From positions 963,615 to 1,027,614 of the forward strand of contig CAWFYM010000003.1 of the NCBI GenBank assembly GCA_963820065.1: a stretch of DNA of 64,000 nt, read 5' to 3'. The notes beneath the pieces were generated by a model that saw only the letters and a list, made by a program, of their open reading frames with translations, was not told the DNA's origin and ran no database searches. The position numbers were made by a program, and so were the translations under genes. This document shows positions 48,545 to 58,493 of the stretch, piece after piece (the first letter of the stretch is position 1; each line of letters opens with the position of its first letter). The DNA is from an uncultured Actinomycetota bacterium (lineage in GTDB: Bacteria; Actinomycetota; Actinomycetes; DATJPE01).

Positions 48545-50437
48545 GTGTCCAGAGTGAGTTCACCCCAGCAACCTGCGCTCAACCTGGTCAACCTCGAAGC
48601 CGTGACCAAGGCCTACGGCACGCGAACTCTCCTGGACGGTGTGTCCCTGGGTGTCTCCGGGGGTGATCGCATCGGCGTGGTCGGGAGGAACGGCGACGGG
48701 AAGTCGACCTTGGCGTCCCTCATCGCTGGAGTTGTTCTGCCGGACTCTGGCCGCGTGACCCGGACCGGCGGCGTCACCGTCGGGATGCTGGCCCAGGACG
48801 ATGGGCTCGACGACGGGGCAGCCGTCCGTACCGTCGTCGCCGGGGACCGGGCCGACCACGAGTGGAACGCCGACTTCCGGGTCCGCAGCGCGGTGGCTGC
48901 CCTTCTCGGCGACGTACCGCTCGATGCCACCATCGGCCCGTTGTCTGGTGGCGAGCGCCGACGCGTTGCCCTGGCCGGGCTGGTCGTGGACGATCCCGAC
49001 CTGCTCGTGCTCGACGAACCGACCAACCATCTCGACGTCGAGGTCGTCTCTCGGCTGGCCGACTACCTCGCCCAGCGCCGGGGGGCGCTTGTGGTGGTGA
49101 CGCACGACCGGTGGTTCCTCGATGCGGTCGCGACCCGTACGTGGGAGGTGGCCGAGGGCCGCGTCCACGGGTACGACGGTGGCTACGCGGAGTATGTCCT
49201 CGCCCGGGCTGAGCGCGAGCGGATGGCGGCGGCCACCGAGTCGCGGCGGCAGAATCTCCTGCGCAAGGAGCTGGCCTGGCTGCGCCGGGGACCGCCGGCC
49301 CGCTCCACGAAACCACGATTTCGCATCGAGGCGGCCAACGCTCTCATCGAGGACGTCCCCCCGGCCCGTGATGGCGTGCAGCTTCAGGCCTTCGCGACCA
49401 CCCGCCTGGGTCGCAGCGTCTATGACGTGGAGGACGTGACCGTCGAGTTCGGGGGGCGCGTGCTGTTCGACCACCTCACCTGGCGGATCGGCCCGGGGGA
49501 CCGCATCGGTCTGGTGGGCGTCAACGGCTCCGGGAAGAGCACCCTCCTTCGACTCCTGGCGGGCGAGGTGCGCCCGAGCGCCGGACACGTGCGGACGGGG
49601 CTCACGGTGCGGCCTGCTTTCCTGACCCAAGACGTCGACGAGCTCGACGGCGACCAGCGCGTGATCGAGTCCGTCGAGGCGGTACGGCGTACGGCCGACC
49701 TGGGCGGCGGGCGCACGCTGACCGCCGCGTCGCTCGTGGAACGGATGGGTTTCCCCGCCGAACGCGCCTGGACCAGAGTGGCCGACCTGTCGGGGGGTGA
49801 ACGTCGCCGGCTCCAGCTGGTGCGCCTGCTGATGGACGAACCCAACGTGCTCCTGCTCGACGAGCCGTCGAACGACCTCGACATCGAGACGCTGACCAGT
49901 GTCGAGGACCTGCTGGACGGCTTCGCAGGGCCGATCGTCGTGGTGTCGCACGATCGGTATCTCGTCGAACGGGTGTGTGATCGGGTCTTCGGATTGCTCG
50001 GCGACGGACGCCTGCGCGACCTGCCGGGCGGCGTCGACGAATACCTTGAGCGGCGACGCGCGGCCATGGCCGCGGAGGTCTCTCGGCCGAGCCGGGCCGG
50101 TGCGCCCGCGGGCACGTCGCCGCCGGAACCCGCGGACGTGATCGGCGCGGCAGGCCAAGGGGGCTCTCAGGTCCTCAGCGCGTCCGACCTGAGGGAGGCC
50201 CGCAAGGACCTCGCACGCATGGAGCGGCGGCTTGCCCGGATCACCGAGGAAGAAGCAGCTCTGCATCGAGAGCTGGTCGAGGCGGCCACCGACCACGAGC
50301 GGCTGCTCGGTCTCGACGTCAGCCACCGTGCTCTGGTGGCCGAGAAGGCTCGGCTCGAGGAGGAGTGGCTCGAGCGTGCGCACCTCCTGGAGGAGAGTGA
50401 GCCCGCGCCCCGAGCCCGGCCTCGCTCGGTCCCGTAG
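48545..50437 (+). CDS. ABC-F family ATPase (tandem ABC domains, no transmembrane domain; translation-factor/antibiotic-resistance type)
   Basis: Two Walker A motifs (GRNGDGKST, GVNGSGKST), two LSGGE signatures, and a C-terminal coiled-coil arm. Start uncertain between 48545 and 48554. Confidence 0.85.
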   Translation: MSRVSSPQQPALNLVNLEAVTKAYGTRTLLDGVSLGVSGGDRIGVVGRNGDGKSTLASLIAGVVLPDSGRVTRTGGVTVGMLAQDDGLDDGAAVRTVVAGDRADHEWNADFRVRSAVAALLGDVPLDATIGPLSGGERRRVALAGLVVDDPDLLVLDEPTNHLDVEVVSRLADYLAQRRGALVVVTHDRWFLDAVATRTWEVAEGRVHGYDGGYAEYVLARAERERMAAATESRRQNLLRKELAWLRRGPPARSTKPRFRIEAANALIEDVPPARDGVQLQAFATTRLGRSVYDVEDVTVEFGGRVLFDHLTWRIGPGDRIGLVGVNGSGKSTLLRLLAGEVRPSAGHVRTGLTVRPAFLTQDVDELDGDQRVIESVEAVRRTADLGGGRTLTAASLVERMGFPAERAWTRVADLSGGERRRLQLVRLLMDEPNVLLLDEPSNDLDIETLTSVEDLLDGFAGPIVVVSHDRYLVERVCDRVFGLLGDGRLRDLPGGVDEYLERRRAAMAAEVSRPSRAGAPAGTSPPEPADVIGAAGQGGSQVLSASDLREARKDLARMERRLARITEEEAALHRELVEAATDHERLLGLDVSHRALVAEKARLEEEWLERAHLLEESEPAPRARPRSVP

Positions 50438-50477
50438 GGTCAGCGAGCAGCACCTTCCCGCGATCCTCAGGAGCCGC

Positions 50478-51170
50478 ATGCCGTCCGCCGAGCTCGAGTG
50501 GGGACCCACGGGGGCTCGCGCTCTGGCCGAGCACTGTGACGCACTGGTCCTCGTCGACGTGCTGTCCTTCACGACGGCGGTGACCGTCGCTGTGCGCCGT
50601 GGTGTCACCGTGTGGCCCCACGCCTGGGGTGTCGACGGGGCTGAGCACCTGGCTCGTGAGATCGGCGCGGTCCTCGCCCGCGGCCGATCGACGCGCGAGG
50701 GTCCGACCTTGTCTCCGGCCAGCCTGCTCGACCTCGCTCCCGGAACCAGGCTGATCCTTCCTTCCCCCAACGGTTCAGGGATCGCGCACGCCGTCATCTC
50801 GAGTGGAATTCCCGTCTACGCCGCGTCGCTGCGCAACGTGTCCGCTGTCGTCGCCGCGGTCAGCCGAGTCGACCGCGTCGGCTTGGTGCCGTCCGGAGAA
50901 CGATGGCCCGACGGCAGTCTCCGCCCCGCGTACGAGGACTGGATCGGAGCCGGTGCGGTGGCCGCGGGGCTCGGGGCGGCGTCGGGCGGCTCGAGTCCTG
51001 ACGCGCAAGCTGCCGCCCTCGCCTTCCAGGCGCGTCGACCGCTGGCGGAATGCCCGAGCGGGGCCGACCTGATTGAGCGGGGCTTCCTCAGCGACGTGCA
51101 GATGGCGGACGACCTCGACGTGGACGACGTCGTCCCCGTCCTCACCAGCGGACGGTTCGTCGCCCTCTAG
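50478..51170 (+). CDS. 2-phosphosulfolactate phosphatase (ComB) family protein
   Basis: Internal ATG start. LVLVDVLSFTTAV resembles the ComB VDVLRAST motif. Confidence 0.6.
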   Translation: MPSAELEWGPTGARALAEHCDALVLVDVLSFTTAVTVAVRRGVTVWPHAWGVDGAEHLAREIGAVLARGRSTREGPTLSPASLLDLAPGTRLILPSPNGSGIAHAVISSGIPVYAASLRNVSAVVAAVSRVDRVGLVPSGERWPDGSLRPAYEDWIGAGAVAAGLGAASGGSSPDAQAAALAFQARRPLAECPSGADLIERGFLSDVQMADDLDVDDVVPVLTSGRFVAL

Positions 51171-51172
51171 GT

Positions 51173-51688
51173 CTACGGCGCCGGAGTGTCCTCGGCGTCG
51201 AACGGGGAGACCAAGACCCGTAGGAGGTCCGCCAGCTGCGCGCTCTGCTCATCGCTGAGACCGGTGAGGATGGCTCGCTCGTGGACGAGGAGGTCGGCGA
51301 GCGCCGCGTCGACCTGCGCACGGCCAGAGTTGGTGAGGCTCACCTGCACCCCCCGGCGGTCGTCGGGGTCGGGCCGCCGGGCCACGAGTCCCTTGCTCTC
51401 CAGCCGGTCGATGCGGTTGGTCATCGTGCCTGAGGTGACCAGCGTCCGCGTCAGGAGGGTGCCGGGCGAGAGCTCGTACGGCTGACCGGCGCGACGCAGC
51501 GCGGCGAGCACATCGAACTCCCACGGCTCGAGCGCGTGTTCGGCGAAGGCGAGGCGTCGGGCGCGGTCGAGGTGTCGGGCGAGCCGGGTCACGCGGGAGA
51601 GGACGCCGAGGGGGGACACGTCGAGGTCCGGGCGCTCGCGGCGCCAGGCCTCGACCAGTCGATCGACCTCGTCCTCCACGGGTTCCAC
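51173..51688 (-). CDS. MarR-family transcriptional regulator
   Basis: 171 aa with a winged HTH (FDVLAALRRAGQPYELSPGTLLTRTLVTSGTMTNRIDRLESKGLV). Confidence 0.85.
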   Translation of the reverse strand: MEPVEDEVDRLVEAWRRERPDLDVSPLGVLSRVTRLARHLDRARRLAFAEHALEPWEFDVLAALRRAGQPYELSPGTLLTRTLVTSGTMTNRIDRLESKGLVARRPDPDDRRGVQVSLTNSGRAQVDAALADLLVHERAILTGLSDEQSAQLADLLRVLVSPFDAEDTPAP

Positions 51689-51691
51689 CGT

Positions 51692-51713
51692 AGTCTCTCG
51701 ACGTCGAGAGACT
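51692..51713. promoter_or_regulatory. perfect 22-bp palindrome AGTCTCTCGACGTCGAGAGACT 4 bp upstream of the marR start (putative MarR operator)
   Basis: Read directly. It overlaps the RBS position, consistent with autorepression. Confidence 0.45.
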
Positions 51714-51751
51714 GATCGGGGCGGGAGAGGCCCCAGACGCTCACCGGGTCT

Positions 51752-52405
51752 TCAGGCCGCGAGCTCGACTCCCAGAGACAGCAGCAGTTCGCGGACGCGG
51801 TGCTCGATCTCGTCGCGGACCGGGCGTACGTCCGCGACGGACTTGCCGGCCGGGTCGTCCAGCGCCCAGTCGACATACCGCTTGCCCGGGAACACGGGGC
51901 AGGAATCGCCGCAGCCCATGGTCACCACGACGTCAGCAGCCCTCACGATCTCGTCGGTCCACGGCTTGGGGAATTCGGCAGAGATGTCGATCCCGCGTTC
52001 GTGCATGGCCTCGATGGCCGAGGGATTGACCGACGAGCCCGGTTCGCTGCCGCCGGACCAGGCCACCGCGTTGCCGGCGGCCAGGTGCTGGAAGAAGCCC
52101 ATGGCCATCTGACTCCTCCCCGCGTTGTGCACGCACAAGAACAGCACGATCGGCTTGCCGCTCCCGCCCTTCCCCTCGACCCGCGCCAGCGCGTGGAGTC
52201 GCTGGCGGGCGAACCGCTCGGCGAGCAGGGGCAGAAAGGCCGGGACGGCCGCGTGGTCGGCGAACTGGTCGTAGCTGCTAGTCAGAAATCCTTCGATCGT
52301 TTCCTGCCCGAAGATCCCGGCGAACTCGGTCCGAAGATTGGCTGCAGCCGTCTTCAGGGCCAGCTGTTGGTCGATCGATGGCGTCGGGCGTGCGGGATCG
52401 GTCAT
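51752..52405 (-). CDS. arsC: arsenate reductase, LMW-PTP/ArsC type, with an 85-aa N-terminal extension
   Basis: LFLCVHNAGRSQMA (CX5R P-loop), the Cys pair of thioredoxin/mycothiol-coupled ArsC, and DP. Its ATG overlaps the stop of the upstream arsR-arsC fusion gene (ATGA). Confidence 0.8.
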   Translation of the reverse strand: MTDPARPTPSIDQQLALKTAAANLRTEFAGIFGQETIEGFLTSSYDQFADHAAVPAFLPLLAERFARQRLHALARVEGKGGSGKPIVLFLCVHNAGRSQMAMGFFQHLAAGNAVAWSGGSEPGSSVNPSAIEAMHERGIDISAEFPKPWTDEIVRAADVVVTMGCGDSCPVFPGKRYVDWALDDPAGKSVADVRPVRDEIEHRVRELLLSLGVELAA

Positions 52406-53109
52406 GACAGGGCCTCCGTGGGCGTCGGGGTGGTGGCTCGATGGACTCGTTCCTCGATCAGGTCGTAGGCGGCGTCGAACGCCGCGTCTTCGCCGGTGCG
52501 AACCGGGTCGGGGATCGACCAGTGCAGGACCTTTCGGTCGCTGGCCAGCAGGGCTTCGTGGGCTTCGTCGCAGACGGCGATCAAGAGGTCGTCGGAGCGG
52601 CGCACGTCTTCCAGTCGGCTCGTCGTGGCTCCCTTGAGCGGGAGTCGTCGTCGCCGGGCGACCGCGATCGTGCCCTCGTGCAGCCGGTCCGCGGGGCGGG
52701 TGCCGGCCGAGGCGACGGGGATCGAGGACCGCTCCCGCCACAGCGCCGCGGCGAGCTGTGACCGCGCGGAGTTCCCGCGACAGACGAAGACGATGCGTTC
52801 ACCGGAGACCTCAGCGTCGAGCGCGAGACTCGAGACGGCCCCGGGGATCAGTTGAAGGTAGGTGCGCCGGCGGTCGCCCTCGGATCGCACCTGACGGATG
52901 AGTCCGGCCTCGCGCAAGACCTTGACGTGGTGAGCCACGAGGTTGGACGGCAAGGCGAGCAGGCGTCCGACCTCGACGGGGGCCAGGTCGGAGACCGCGA
53001 GGGAGTCCACGATCGCAAGACGGGAGACGTCGGCCAGGGCGGCGTGCCTCGCCGCTCGGACCGCGCGTGTTTCGTCAGCGCGCTTAGGCTCTGATTGCTC
53101 AATGACCAT
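52402..53109 (-). CDS. arsR: ArsR/SmtB-family metalloregulator fused to a C-terminal LMW-PTP/ArsC domain
   Basis: N-terminal ArsR HTH (LADVSRLAIVDSLA...HVKVLREAGLI). C-terminal IVFVCRGNSARSQLAA (CX5R) and ...IAVCDEA. Start chosen at the ATG at 53107-53109. Confidence 0.8.
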   Translation of the reverse strand: MVIEQSEPKRADETRAVRAARHAALADVSRLAIVDSLAVSDLAPVEVGRLLALPSNLVAHHVKVLREAGLIRQVRSEGDRRRTYLQLIPGAVSSLALDAEVSGERIVFVCRGNSARSQLAAALWRERSSIPVASAGTRPADRLHEGTIAVARRRRLPLKGATTSRLEDVRRSDDLLIAVCDEAHEALLASDRKVLHWSIPDPVRTGEDAAFDAAYDLIEERVHRATTPTPTEALS

Positions 53110-53113
53110 TGAG
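53098..53113. promoter_or_regulatory. palindrome CTCAATG-AC-CATTGAG overlapping the arsR start codon, in a local low-GC patch (putative ArsR operator)
   Basis: 7-2-7 inverted repeat read from the sequence. ArsR/SmtB operators are typically imperfect palindromes overlapping their own promoter. Confidence 0.35.
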
Positions 53114-53194
53114 TCAATGTACAATGAGGTATCCGCACGGTGCAACCCCAAGCGGAACTCAGGGGACTCGCGCGCCGTGTCATGGCGGACGGTC

Positions 53195-53776
53195 TCAGTT
53201 GTTGAACTGGTCCTCGAGGCACTGCTGGATCTGCGCGTCGGTCAGGTTGGGGTCGAGGCAGTCCACCGCAGTCGAGAACACCCAGATCGTGAGGATCGTG
53301 ATGAGGATCCCGCCGATCAGGGCGAGGGCACCGAGGATGGTGCCGGCGATCGCCATCCCCTGTCCGCCTGCGGTTCCGTTGCTGGCATTGCGCCAGGCGA
53401 TGATGCCGATGACCAAGGCCACCAAACCCAGGAGCGCCCCGATGACGGGGAACCAGAACCCCAGAGCAGCAATGATGCCGACGACGAGCGCTCCCACCGC
53501 TAGCCCCTTGGGCAGCTCGCGGCTCGGCTCGCCGTAGCCCGGTGCCACGCCGTACGGCGGGGGATAGGTACCAGGCGGGTAGCCAGCTGCGGGGTTGGCG
53601 GCGGGGTAGCCGGGCGGAGCCGCGGGCGGCGGGTAACCCTGAGGGCTCCCCTGCTGTGGGTATCCCTGGGGCGGGTAGCCCGGTTGCGGATAGCCGGGCG
53701 GCTGCTGAGGTGGTTGCTGGGGCGGTTGCTGGGGATCCGGGGTGGGCGCTGCGTACGGGTCCTGTGGCTCGCTCAT
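53195..53776 (-). CDS. DUF4190-domain membrane protein with a Pro/Gln/Tyr-rich N-terminus
   Basis: Internal ATG start. PQQPPQQPPGYPQPGYPPQGY low-complexity region, then Gly/Ile-rich TM hairpins typical of DUF4190. Confidence 0.65.
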   Translation of the reverse strand: MSEPQDPYAAPTPDPQQPPQQPPQQPPGYPQPGYPPQGYPQQGSPQGYPPPAAPPGYPAANPAAGYPPGTYPPPYGVAPGYGEPSRELPKGLAVGALVVGIIAALGFWFPVIGALLGLVALVIGIIAWRNASNGTAGGQGMAIAGTILGALALIGGILITILTIWVFSTAVDCLDPNLTDAQIQQCLEDQFNN

Positions 53777-53840
53777 GGTCGAGGACGGTAGCGGTCCCGT
53801 GCGGGGCGTGCGCAAGTGCGCAACGCGCACGCGGGTCGGG

Positions 53841-54443
53841 CTAGGTGGGATCTCGGTCGGACAGGCGTGGGCGTGCTTCCAACCCGGACAACCCGTTCCA
53901 CGCGAGGTTGACCAAGTGGGCGGCGACATCGGCCTTCTTGGGCTTGCGCACGTCGAGCCACCACTGACCGGTGAGAGCGACCATGCCCACGAGCATCTGC
54001 GAATACATCGGGGCGAATTTCGCGTCGAAGCCCCGGGCCTTGAACTCGCCGACGAGCAGATGTTCCACCTGGGAGGCGATGTCGTTGATCAGGCTTGCGA
54101 ACGAACCCGTTGAGGTGCCCACCGAGGAATCGCGGACCAGGATTCGAAAGCCGTCCGCGTTGTCGTCGATGTAGTCGAGCAGGGCCAGGGCCGCTTGTTC
54201 GAGCAGCAGTCGAGGATGTCCGCCGGTGAGCGCAGAGGTCACACCTTCGAGCAGCCGTTGCATCTCGCGGTCGACGACGACGGCGTAGAGGCCTTCCTTG
54301 CCTCCGAAGTGCTCGTAGATCACTGGTTTGGAGACGCCCGCCTTGCTGGCGATCTCCTCGACGCTGGTGCCGTCAAAGCCCTTCTCGGCGAACTGCTTGC
54401 GACCGACCTCGATCAGCTGGGCGCGTCGTTCGGCACCGGTCAT
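53841..54443 (-). CDS. TetR-family transcriptional regulator
   Basis: HTH FAEKGFDGTSVEEIASKAGVSKPVIYEHFGGKEGLY. Confidence 0.85.
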   Translation of the reverse strand: MTGAERRAQLIEVGRKQFAEKGFDGTSVEEIASKAGVSKPVIYEHFGGKEGLYAVVVDREMQRLLEGVTSALTGGHPRLLLEQAALALLDYIDDNADGFRILVRDSSVGTSTGSFASLINDIASQVEHLLVGEFKARGFDAKFAPMYSQMLVGMVALTGQWWLDVRKPKKADVAAHLVNLAWNGLSGLEARPRLSDRDPT

Positions 54444-54512
54444 GCGTCCGCGGCCCACCTTGGTGGGCTGGGGCGCAACGACCGAGGCGGCGCCCGCTCC
54501 AACCTGGTCCAC

Positions 54513-55496
54513 TCAGGCCGCCCTGCGGCTGGCCAGCCGCTGAGCATCGGGCCACCGGACGTCGTAGGCCCAGCCGGCCCGTTCGAAGCCGCGAATCAGC
54601 ACGGCGCTGGGGTCGATCTGTCCGGGAAGCACTCCGTGCCGCGCTGCCGTGGGGTCGGCATGGTGGAGGTTGTGCCACGACTCACCGAGGCTCGGAACGG
54701 CCATCCAGGCGAGGTTTCCGGACCGGTCACGCGTGGTGAACGGCTTGGCGCCGTACACGTGGCACAGCGAGTTGATCGACCAGGTGACGTGGTGGAGAAG
54801 TCCGACCCGGACGAAGCCGGCCCAGAACAAGGCGGTGAGCCCGCCCTGCCACGACCACGTGAGGAGGGCGCCGAGCAGCGCCGGCACGAGGAGGGAGAAC
54901 GCGACCAGCCAGGGGAAGGCGCGCGAGACGCGCACCATGTCGCGGTCGCGCATGAGGTCGGGGGCGTACTTGCTCTGGCTGGTCTGCTCGACGTCGAACA
55001 GCCAGCCCACGTGCGCGTACCAGAGACCCTTGGTGAGCGCCCGTACGTCTTCGCCGTACCGCCAGGGGCTGTGCGGATCCCCCTCACGGTCGCTGAACGC
55101 GTGGTGCTTGCGATGGTCGGCGACCCAGCGGATGACCGGTCCCTCGATGGCCAGAGACCCGGCGAGCGCGAGGCCGACCCGCAGCGGGCGCTTGGCCTTG
55201 AACGCGCCGTGGGTGAGATAGCGATGGAAACCAACGGTGATGCCGAACCCTGAGATCAGGTAGAAGACGACCAGCAGTCCGAGGTCGACCCAGCCGATGC
55301 CCCAGCCCCAGGCGACGGGGATAGCCAGCAGGATGGCCAGGAAGGGGACGCCCACGAAGATCCCCAGGGCGACCTGCTCCCAGGTGCGCTTGTGGTCGTC
55401 ACCGTGGAAGACGTTGCCGTCCGGCTCAGGGGGCGCCGTCTTCGCACCCTCACGAAGCGGGGGCGAGGGGGCGGTTGGAGTGTCTGGCTGGGTCAC
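54513..55496 (-). CDS. membrane-bound acyl-CoA (stearoyl-CoA-type) fatty acid desaturase
   Basis: GTG start. Histidine boxes HRYLTH, HRKHH, HNLHH. Multi-TM. Forms an operon with the downstream TetR. Confidence 0.85.
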   Translation of the reverse strand: MTQPDTPTAPSPPLREGAKTAPPEPDGNVFHGDDHKRTWEQVALGIFVGVPFLAILLAIPVAWGWGIGWVDLGLLVVFYLISGFGITVGFHRYLTHGAFKAKRPLRVGLALAGSLAIEGPVIRWVADHRKHHAFSDREGDPHSPWRYGEDVRALTKGLWYAHVGWLFDVEQTSQSKYAPDLMRDRDMVRVSRAFPWLVAFSLLVPALLGALLTWSWQGGLTALFWAGFVRVGLLHHVTWSINSLCHVYGAKPFTTRDRSGNLAWMAVPSLGESWHNLHHADPTAARHGVLPGQIDPSAVLIRGFERAGWAYDVRWPDAQRLASRRAA

Positions 55497-55556
55497 GGCT
55501 GCCCCTCGTTCGGGATCGGATGGGAACGTCGTCGGAGATCTGATGGTTACGCCACC

Positions 55557-55580
55557 GTAACCTACGGTTGCGTAGGTTAC
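55557..55580. promoter_or_regulatory. perfect palindrome GTAACCTACG-GTTG-CGTAGGTTAC about 60 bp upstream of the desaturase-tetR operon (putative TetR operator)
   Basis: 10-bp arms with a 4-bp spacer, read directly. Confidence 0.45.
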
Positions 55581-55631
55581 TAGCCAGCGGGCGGGTGCCG
55601 CGCTGGTCCGGCCGTACCCTGGGTCCCGCTG

Positions 55632-55702
55632 TCCCGGGTCGTTCAATGGCAGGACGCGACTCTTTGGAAGTCGTCATCGTGGTTCGAATCCACGCCCGGG
55701 AG
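55632..55702 (+). tRNA. tRNA-Gln (anticodon TTG)
   Basis: Hand-folded. U1:A72 acceptor (TCCCGGG/CCCGGGA), anticodon stem CGACT/AGTCG, loop CTTTGGA, T arm CGTGG-TTCGAAT-CCACG. CCA is not encoded. Confidence 0.8.
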
Positions 55703-55770
55703 CGTTGCCGAGGAGGTCCGGCGCACCGATACCCTGGAGTCCCGCACGCCGTCGTCGTCGAGGGAGCAGC

Positions 55771-57285
55771 GTGAGCCCGGTGTCTCCGGTGGGCGCGACC
55801 GGTCCCGCGGCCGTCGTGGTGCTGGCCGCGGGTGAGGGCAAGCGGATGCGCTCCAGCACGCCGAAGGTGCTCCACGAGGTGGCCGGGCGCAGCCTGATCG
55901 CCCACGTCCTGCACAGCGCTCGAGCCCTCGACCCCTCGCACCTGATCGTGGTGGTCGGGCACGGGCGGGAGGCCGTGGCGAGCCACGTGCGGGGCGCCGA
56001 CGCTGCGGCCGAGACCGTCGTGCAGGCCGAACAGCTCGGCACCGGTCACGCCGTCCGCCTGGCGTTGCAGGCGCACCCAGACCTCGAGGGCGTGGTGGTG
56101 GTGGTCTCAGGGGACAGCCCCCTGCTCAGCGCCGACACCCTGGCCGCCCTCGTGTCCAGGCACGCCGACGACCGAGCCGCAGCCACCGTCGTCACCGCCG
56201 TTCTCACGGATCCCACTGGATACGGTCGAATCGTCCGCGACGACGACGGTGACGTGGCGGCGATCGTCGAGCACCGCGACGCCGACGCCGAGGTGCTGGC
56301 GCTGGCCGAGGTCAACAGTGGGGTCTTCGCCTTCGACGCTCGCGAGCTGCGCTCGGCCCTGACTGCGGTCGGGCGAGACAACAGCCAGGGCGAGGAATAC
56401 CTGACCGACGTCGTCGGCTTGCTCGTCGCCGAGGGCCGTACGGTCTCCTCGTTGGTCGTCCGGGATCCGCTCGAAGTGTTGGGAGTCAACGACCGGGCCC
56501 AGCTCGCAGCGGTGTCCGCGCACATGCGTGACCGCGTCGTCGGTGGGTGGATGCGCGCCGGGGTCACGATCGCCGACCCCGCCACCACCTGGATCGACGT
56601 CACGGTGCTCCTTGGGCCCGATGTGACGTTGCTCCCGGGCACGCAGCTCTACGGCACTACGGCCATCAGCAGCGGGGCCACCGTGGGCCCAGACTCCACC
56701 CTGCGCGACGTCGTGGTCGACGAGGGCGCCACGGTCGTCAGGAGCCACCTCGAGGCGGCGGAGATCGGGGCCGACGCCGTGGTCGGGCCCTACTCCTACG
56801 TTCGTCCGGGGACGGTGCTCGGGGCCGGGGCCAAGATCGGCGCCTACGTCGAGACCAAGAACGCGCGGATCGGGGACGGCTCGAAGGTCCCTCATCTGTC
56901 CTATGTCGGCGATGCCGATATCGGCGAAGGCAGCAACATCGGGGCCGCGACGGTGTTCGTGAACTACGACGGCGTCGACAAGCACCGCACGGTCGTCGGC
57001 GATCACGTGCGCATCGGCAGTGACACGATGCTCCTGGCCCCGGTCACCATCGGAGACGGCGCCTACACCGCAGCCGGTTCGGTGATCGACTCAGACGTGC
57101 CGCCCGGCGCCATGGGGGTCGCGCGGGCACGGCAGCGCAATGTCGAGGGATGGGTCGCCCGACGTCGCGCGGGCACCTCATCGGCGGCCGCCGCCGAGCA
57201 GGCGGTTCACAGGGCACAATCAGGGTCCGAGGACCACCCGATACCTTCACCCCCATCGGACTCCAGCGAGGGGCAAGCCGAGTGA
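55771..57285 (+). CDS. glmU: bifunctional UDP-N-acetylglucosamine pyrophosphorylase / glucosamine-1-phosphate N-acetyltransferase
   Basis: GTG after [20 protein letters not shown] nucleotidyltransferase motif and C-terminal left-handed beta-helix hexapeptide repeats. Confidence 0.9.
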   Translation: MSPVSPVGATGPAAVVVLAAGEGKRMRSSTPKVLHEVAGRSLIAHVLHSARALDPSHLIVVVGHGREAVASHVRGADAAAETVVQAEQLGTGHAVRLALQAHPDLEGVVVVVSGDSPLLSADTLAALVSRHADDRAAATVVTAVLTDPTGYGRIVRDDDGDVAAIVEHRDADAEVLALAEVNSGVFAFDARELRSALTAVGRDNSQGEEYLTDVVGLLVAEGRTVSSLVVRDPLEVLGVNDRAQLAAVSAHMRDRVVGGWMRAGVTIADPATTWIDVTVLLGPDVTLLPGTQLYGTTAISSGATVGPDSTLRDVVVDEGATVVRSHLEAAEIGADAVVGPYSYVRPGTVLGAGAKIGAYVETKNARIGDGSKVPHLSYVGDADIGEGSNIGAATVFVNYDGVDKHRTVVGDHVRIGSDTMLLAPVTIGDGAYTAAGSVIDSDVPPGAMGVARARQRNVEGWVARRRAGTSSAAAAEQAVHRAQSGSEDHPIPSPPSDSSEGQAE

Positions 57286-58262
57286 CCGGCATCAAGACCG
57301 CGAACGAGAAGACGCTCAAGCTGTTCAGCGGCCGCGCACACCCTGAACTGGCCGAGCAGGTGGCTGAGCATCTCGGCGTCCAGCTGGTGCCGACGGCGGC
57401 CTACGACTTCGCCAACGGCGAGATCTTCGTCCGGTTCCAGGAGTCCGTCCGCGGCAGCGACGCCTTCGTGATGCAGTCGCACTCGATCGACATCAACAAG
57501 TGGATCATGGAGCAGCTGATCATGGTCGACGCCCTGAAGCGGGCGTCCGCCAAGCGCATCACCGTGGTGCTCCCGTTCTACGGCTACGCCCGCCAAGACA
57601 AGAAGCACCGTGGCCGGGAACCCATCTCGGCGCGTCTGATGGCCGATCTCTTCAAGTCAGCCGGCGCCGACCGCCTCATGGCCGTCGACCTGCACACCGC
57701 CCAGATCCAGGGCTTCTTCGACGGTCCGGTCGACCACCTCTTCGCCCTGCCGCTGCTCGCATCCCACGTCGGCCGCCGGGTGGATCGTTCGAGGGTCGCG
57801 GTCGTGTCGCCGGACGCCGGTCGACTGCGGCTGGCTGAGCGCTGGTCGGAGACGCTCGGAGGCGCGCCGCTGGCCTTCATCCACAAGACACGCCATCCCG
57901 ACCGGCCCAACGAGGCGACGGCCAACCGAGTCGTCGGTGACGTCGCTGGTCGCATCTGCATCCTGCAGGACGACATGATCGACACCGGCGGCACGATCAC
58001 CAAGGCTGCCGACGCGTTGTTCGAGGCCGGGGCCGCGGACGTCATCATCGCGGCCACGCACGCCATCTTCTCGCCGCCGGCCGTCGATCGGTTGAAGAAC
58101 TCGCGCGTCTCCGAGGTCGTGGTCACCGACACGCTCCCGATCACCGACGACATGCGTTTCGACAAGTTGACGGTGCTGGGCATCGCGCCGCTGCTGGCCC
58201 GGGCCATCCGCGAGGTGTTCGACGACGGGTCGGTCACGAGCCTGTTCGACGGGAACGCGTGA
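57282..58262 (+). CDS. prs: ribose-phosphate pyrophosphokinase
   Basis: GTGA overlap with the glmU stop. [12 protein letters not shown], a PRPP-binding loop (DDMIDTGGT). Confidence 0.95.
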   Translation: MTGIKTANEKTLKLFSGRAHPELAEQVAEHLGVQLVPTAAYDFANGEIFVRFQESVRGSDAFVMQSHSIDINKWIMEQLIMVDALKRASAKRITVVLPFYGYARQDKKHRGREPISARLMADLFKSAGADRLMAVDLHTAQIQGFFDGPVDHLFALPLLASHVGRRVDRSRVAVVSPDAGRLRLAERWSETLGGAPLAFIHKTRHPDRPNEATANRVVGDVAGRICILQDDMIDTGGTITKAADALFEAGAADVIIAATHAIFSPPAVDRLKNSRVSEVVVTDTLPITDDMRFDKLTVLGIAPLLARAIREVFDDGSVTSLFDGNA

Positions 58263-58493
58263 CCGCGGGGCCGCTGGCACCCGATCCCGCCGCCTGTCGG
58301 TGATCTCGAGCATGCCGCGGTTTGGGCAGCCCCGCGGGACCCCGTAGACTCAGCGCCTGTTGCCCCGGCGAGGGAGCAGGTCGCGCGAGCGGCCCGTCCT
58401 CCGTGATCGACGCGGTCCCCGTGTCGTGCGCGTCGCGTCGCCGGGTCGACCGCCGTCTGTTGTCGCACCGCCGCCTTCGAGGAGCTCCACCGC

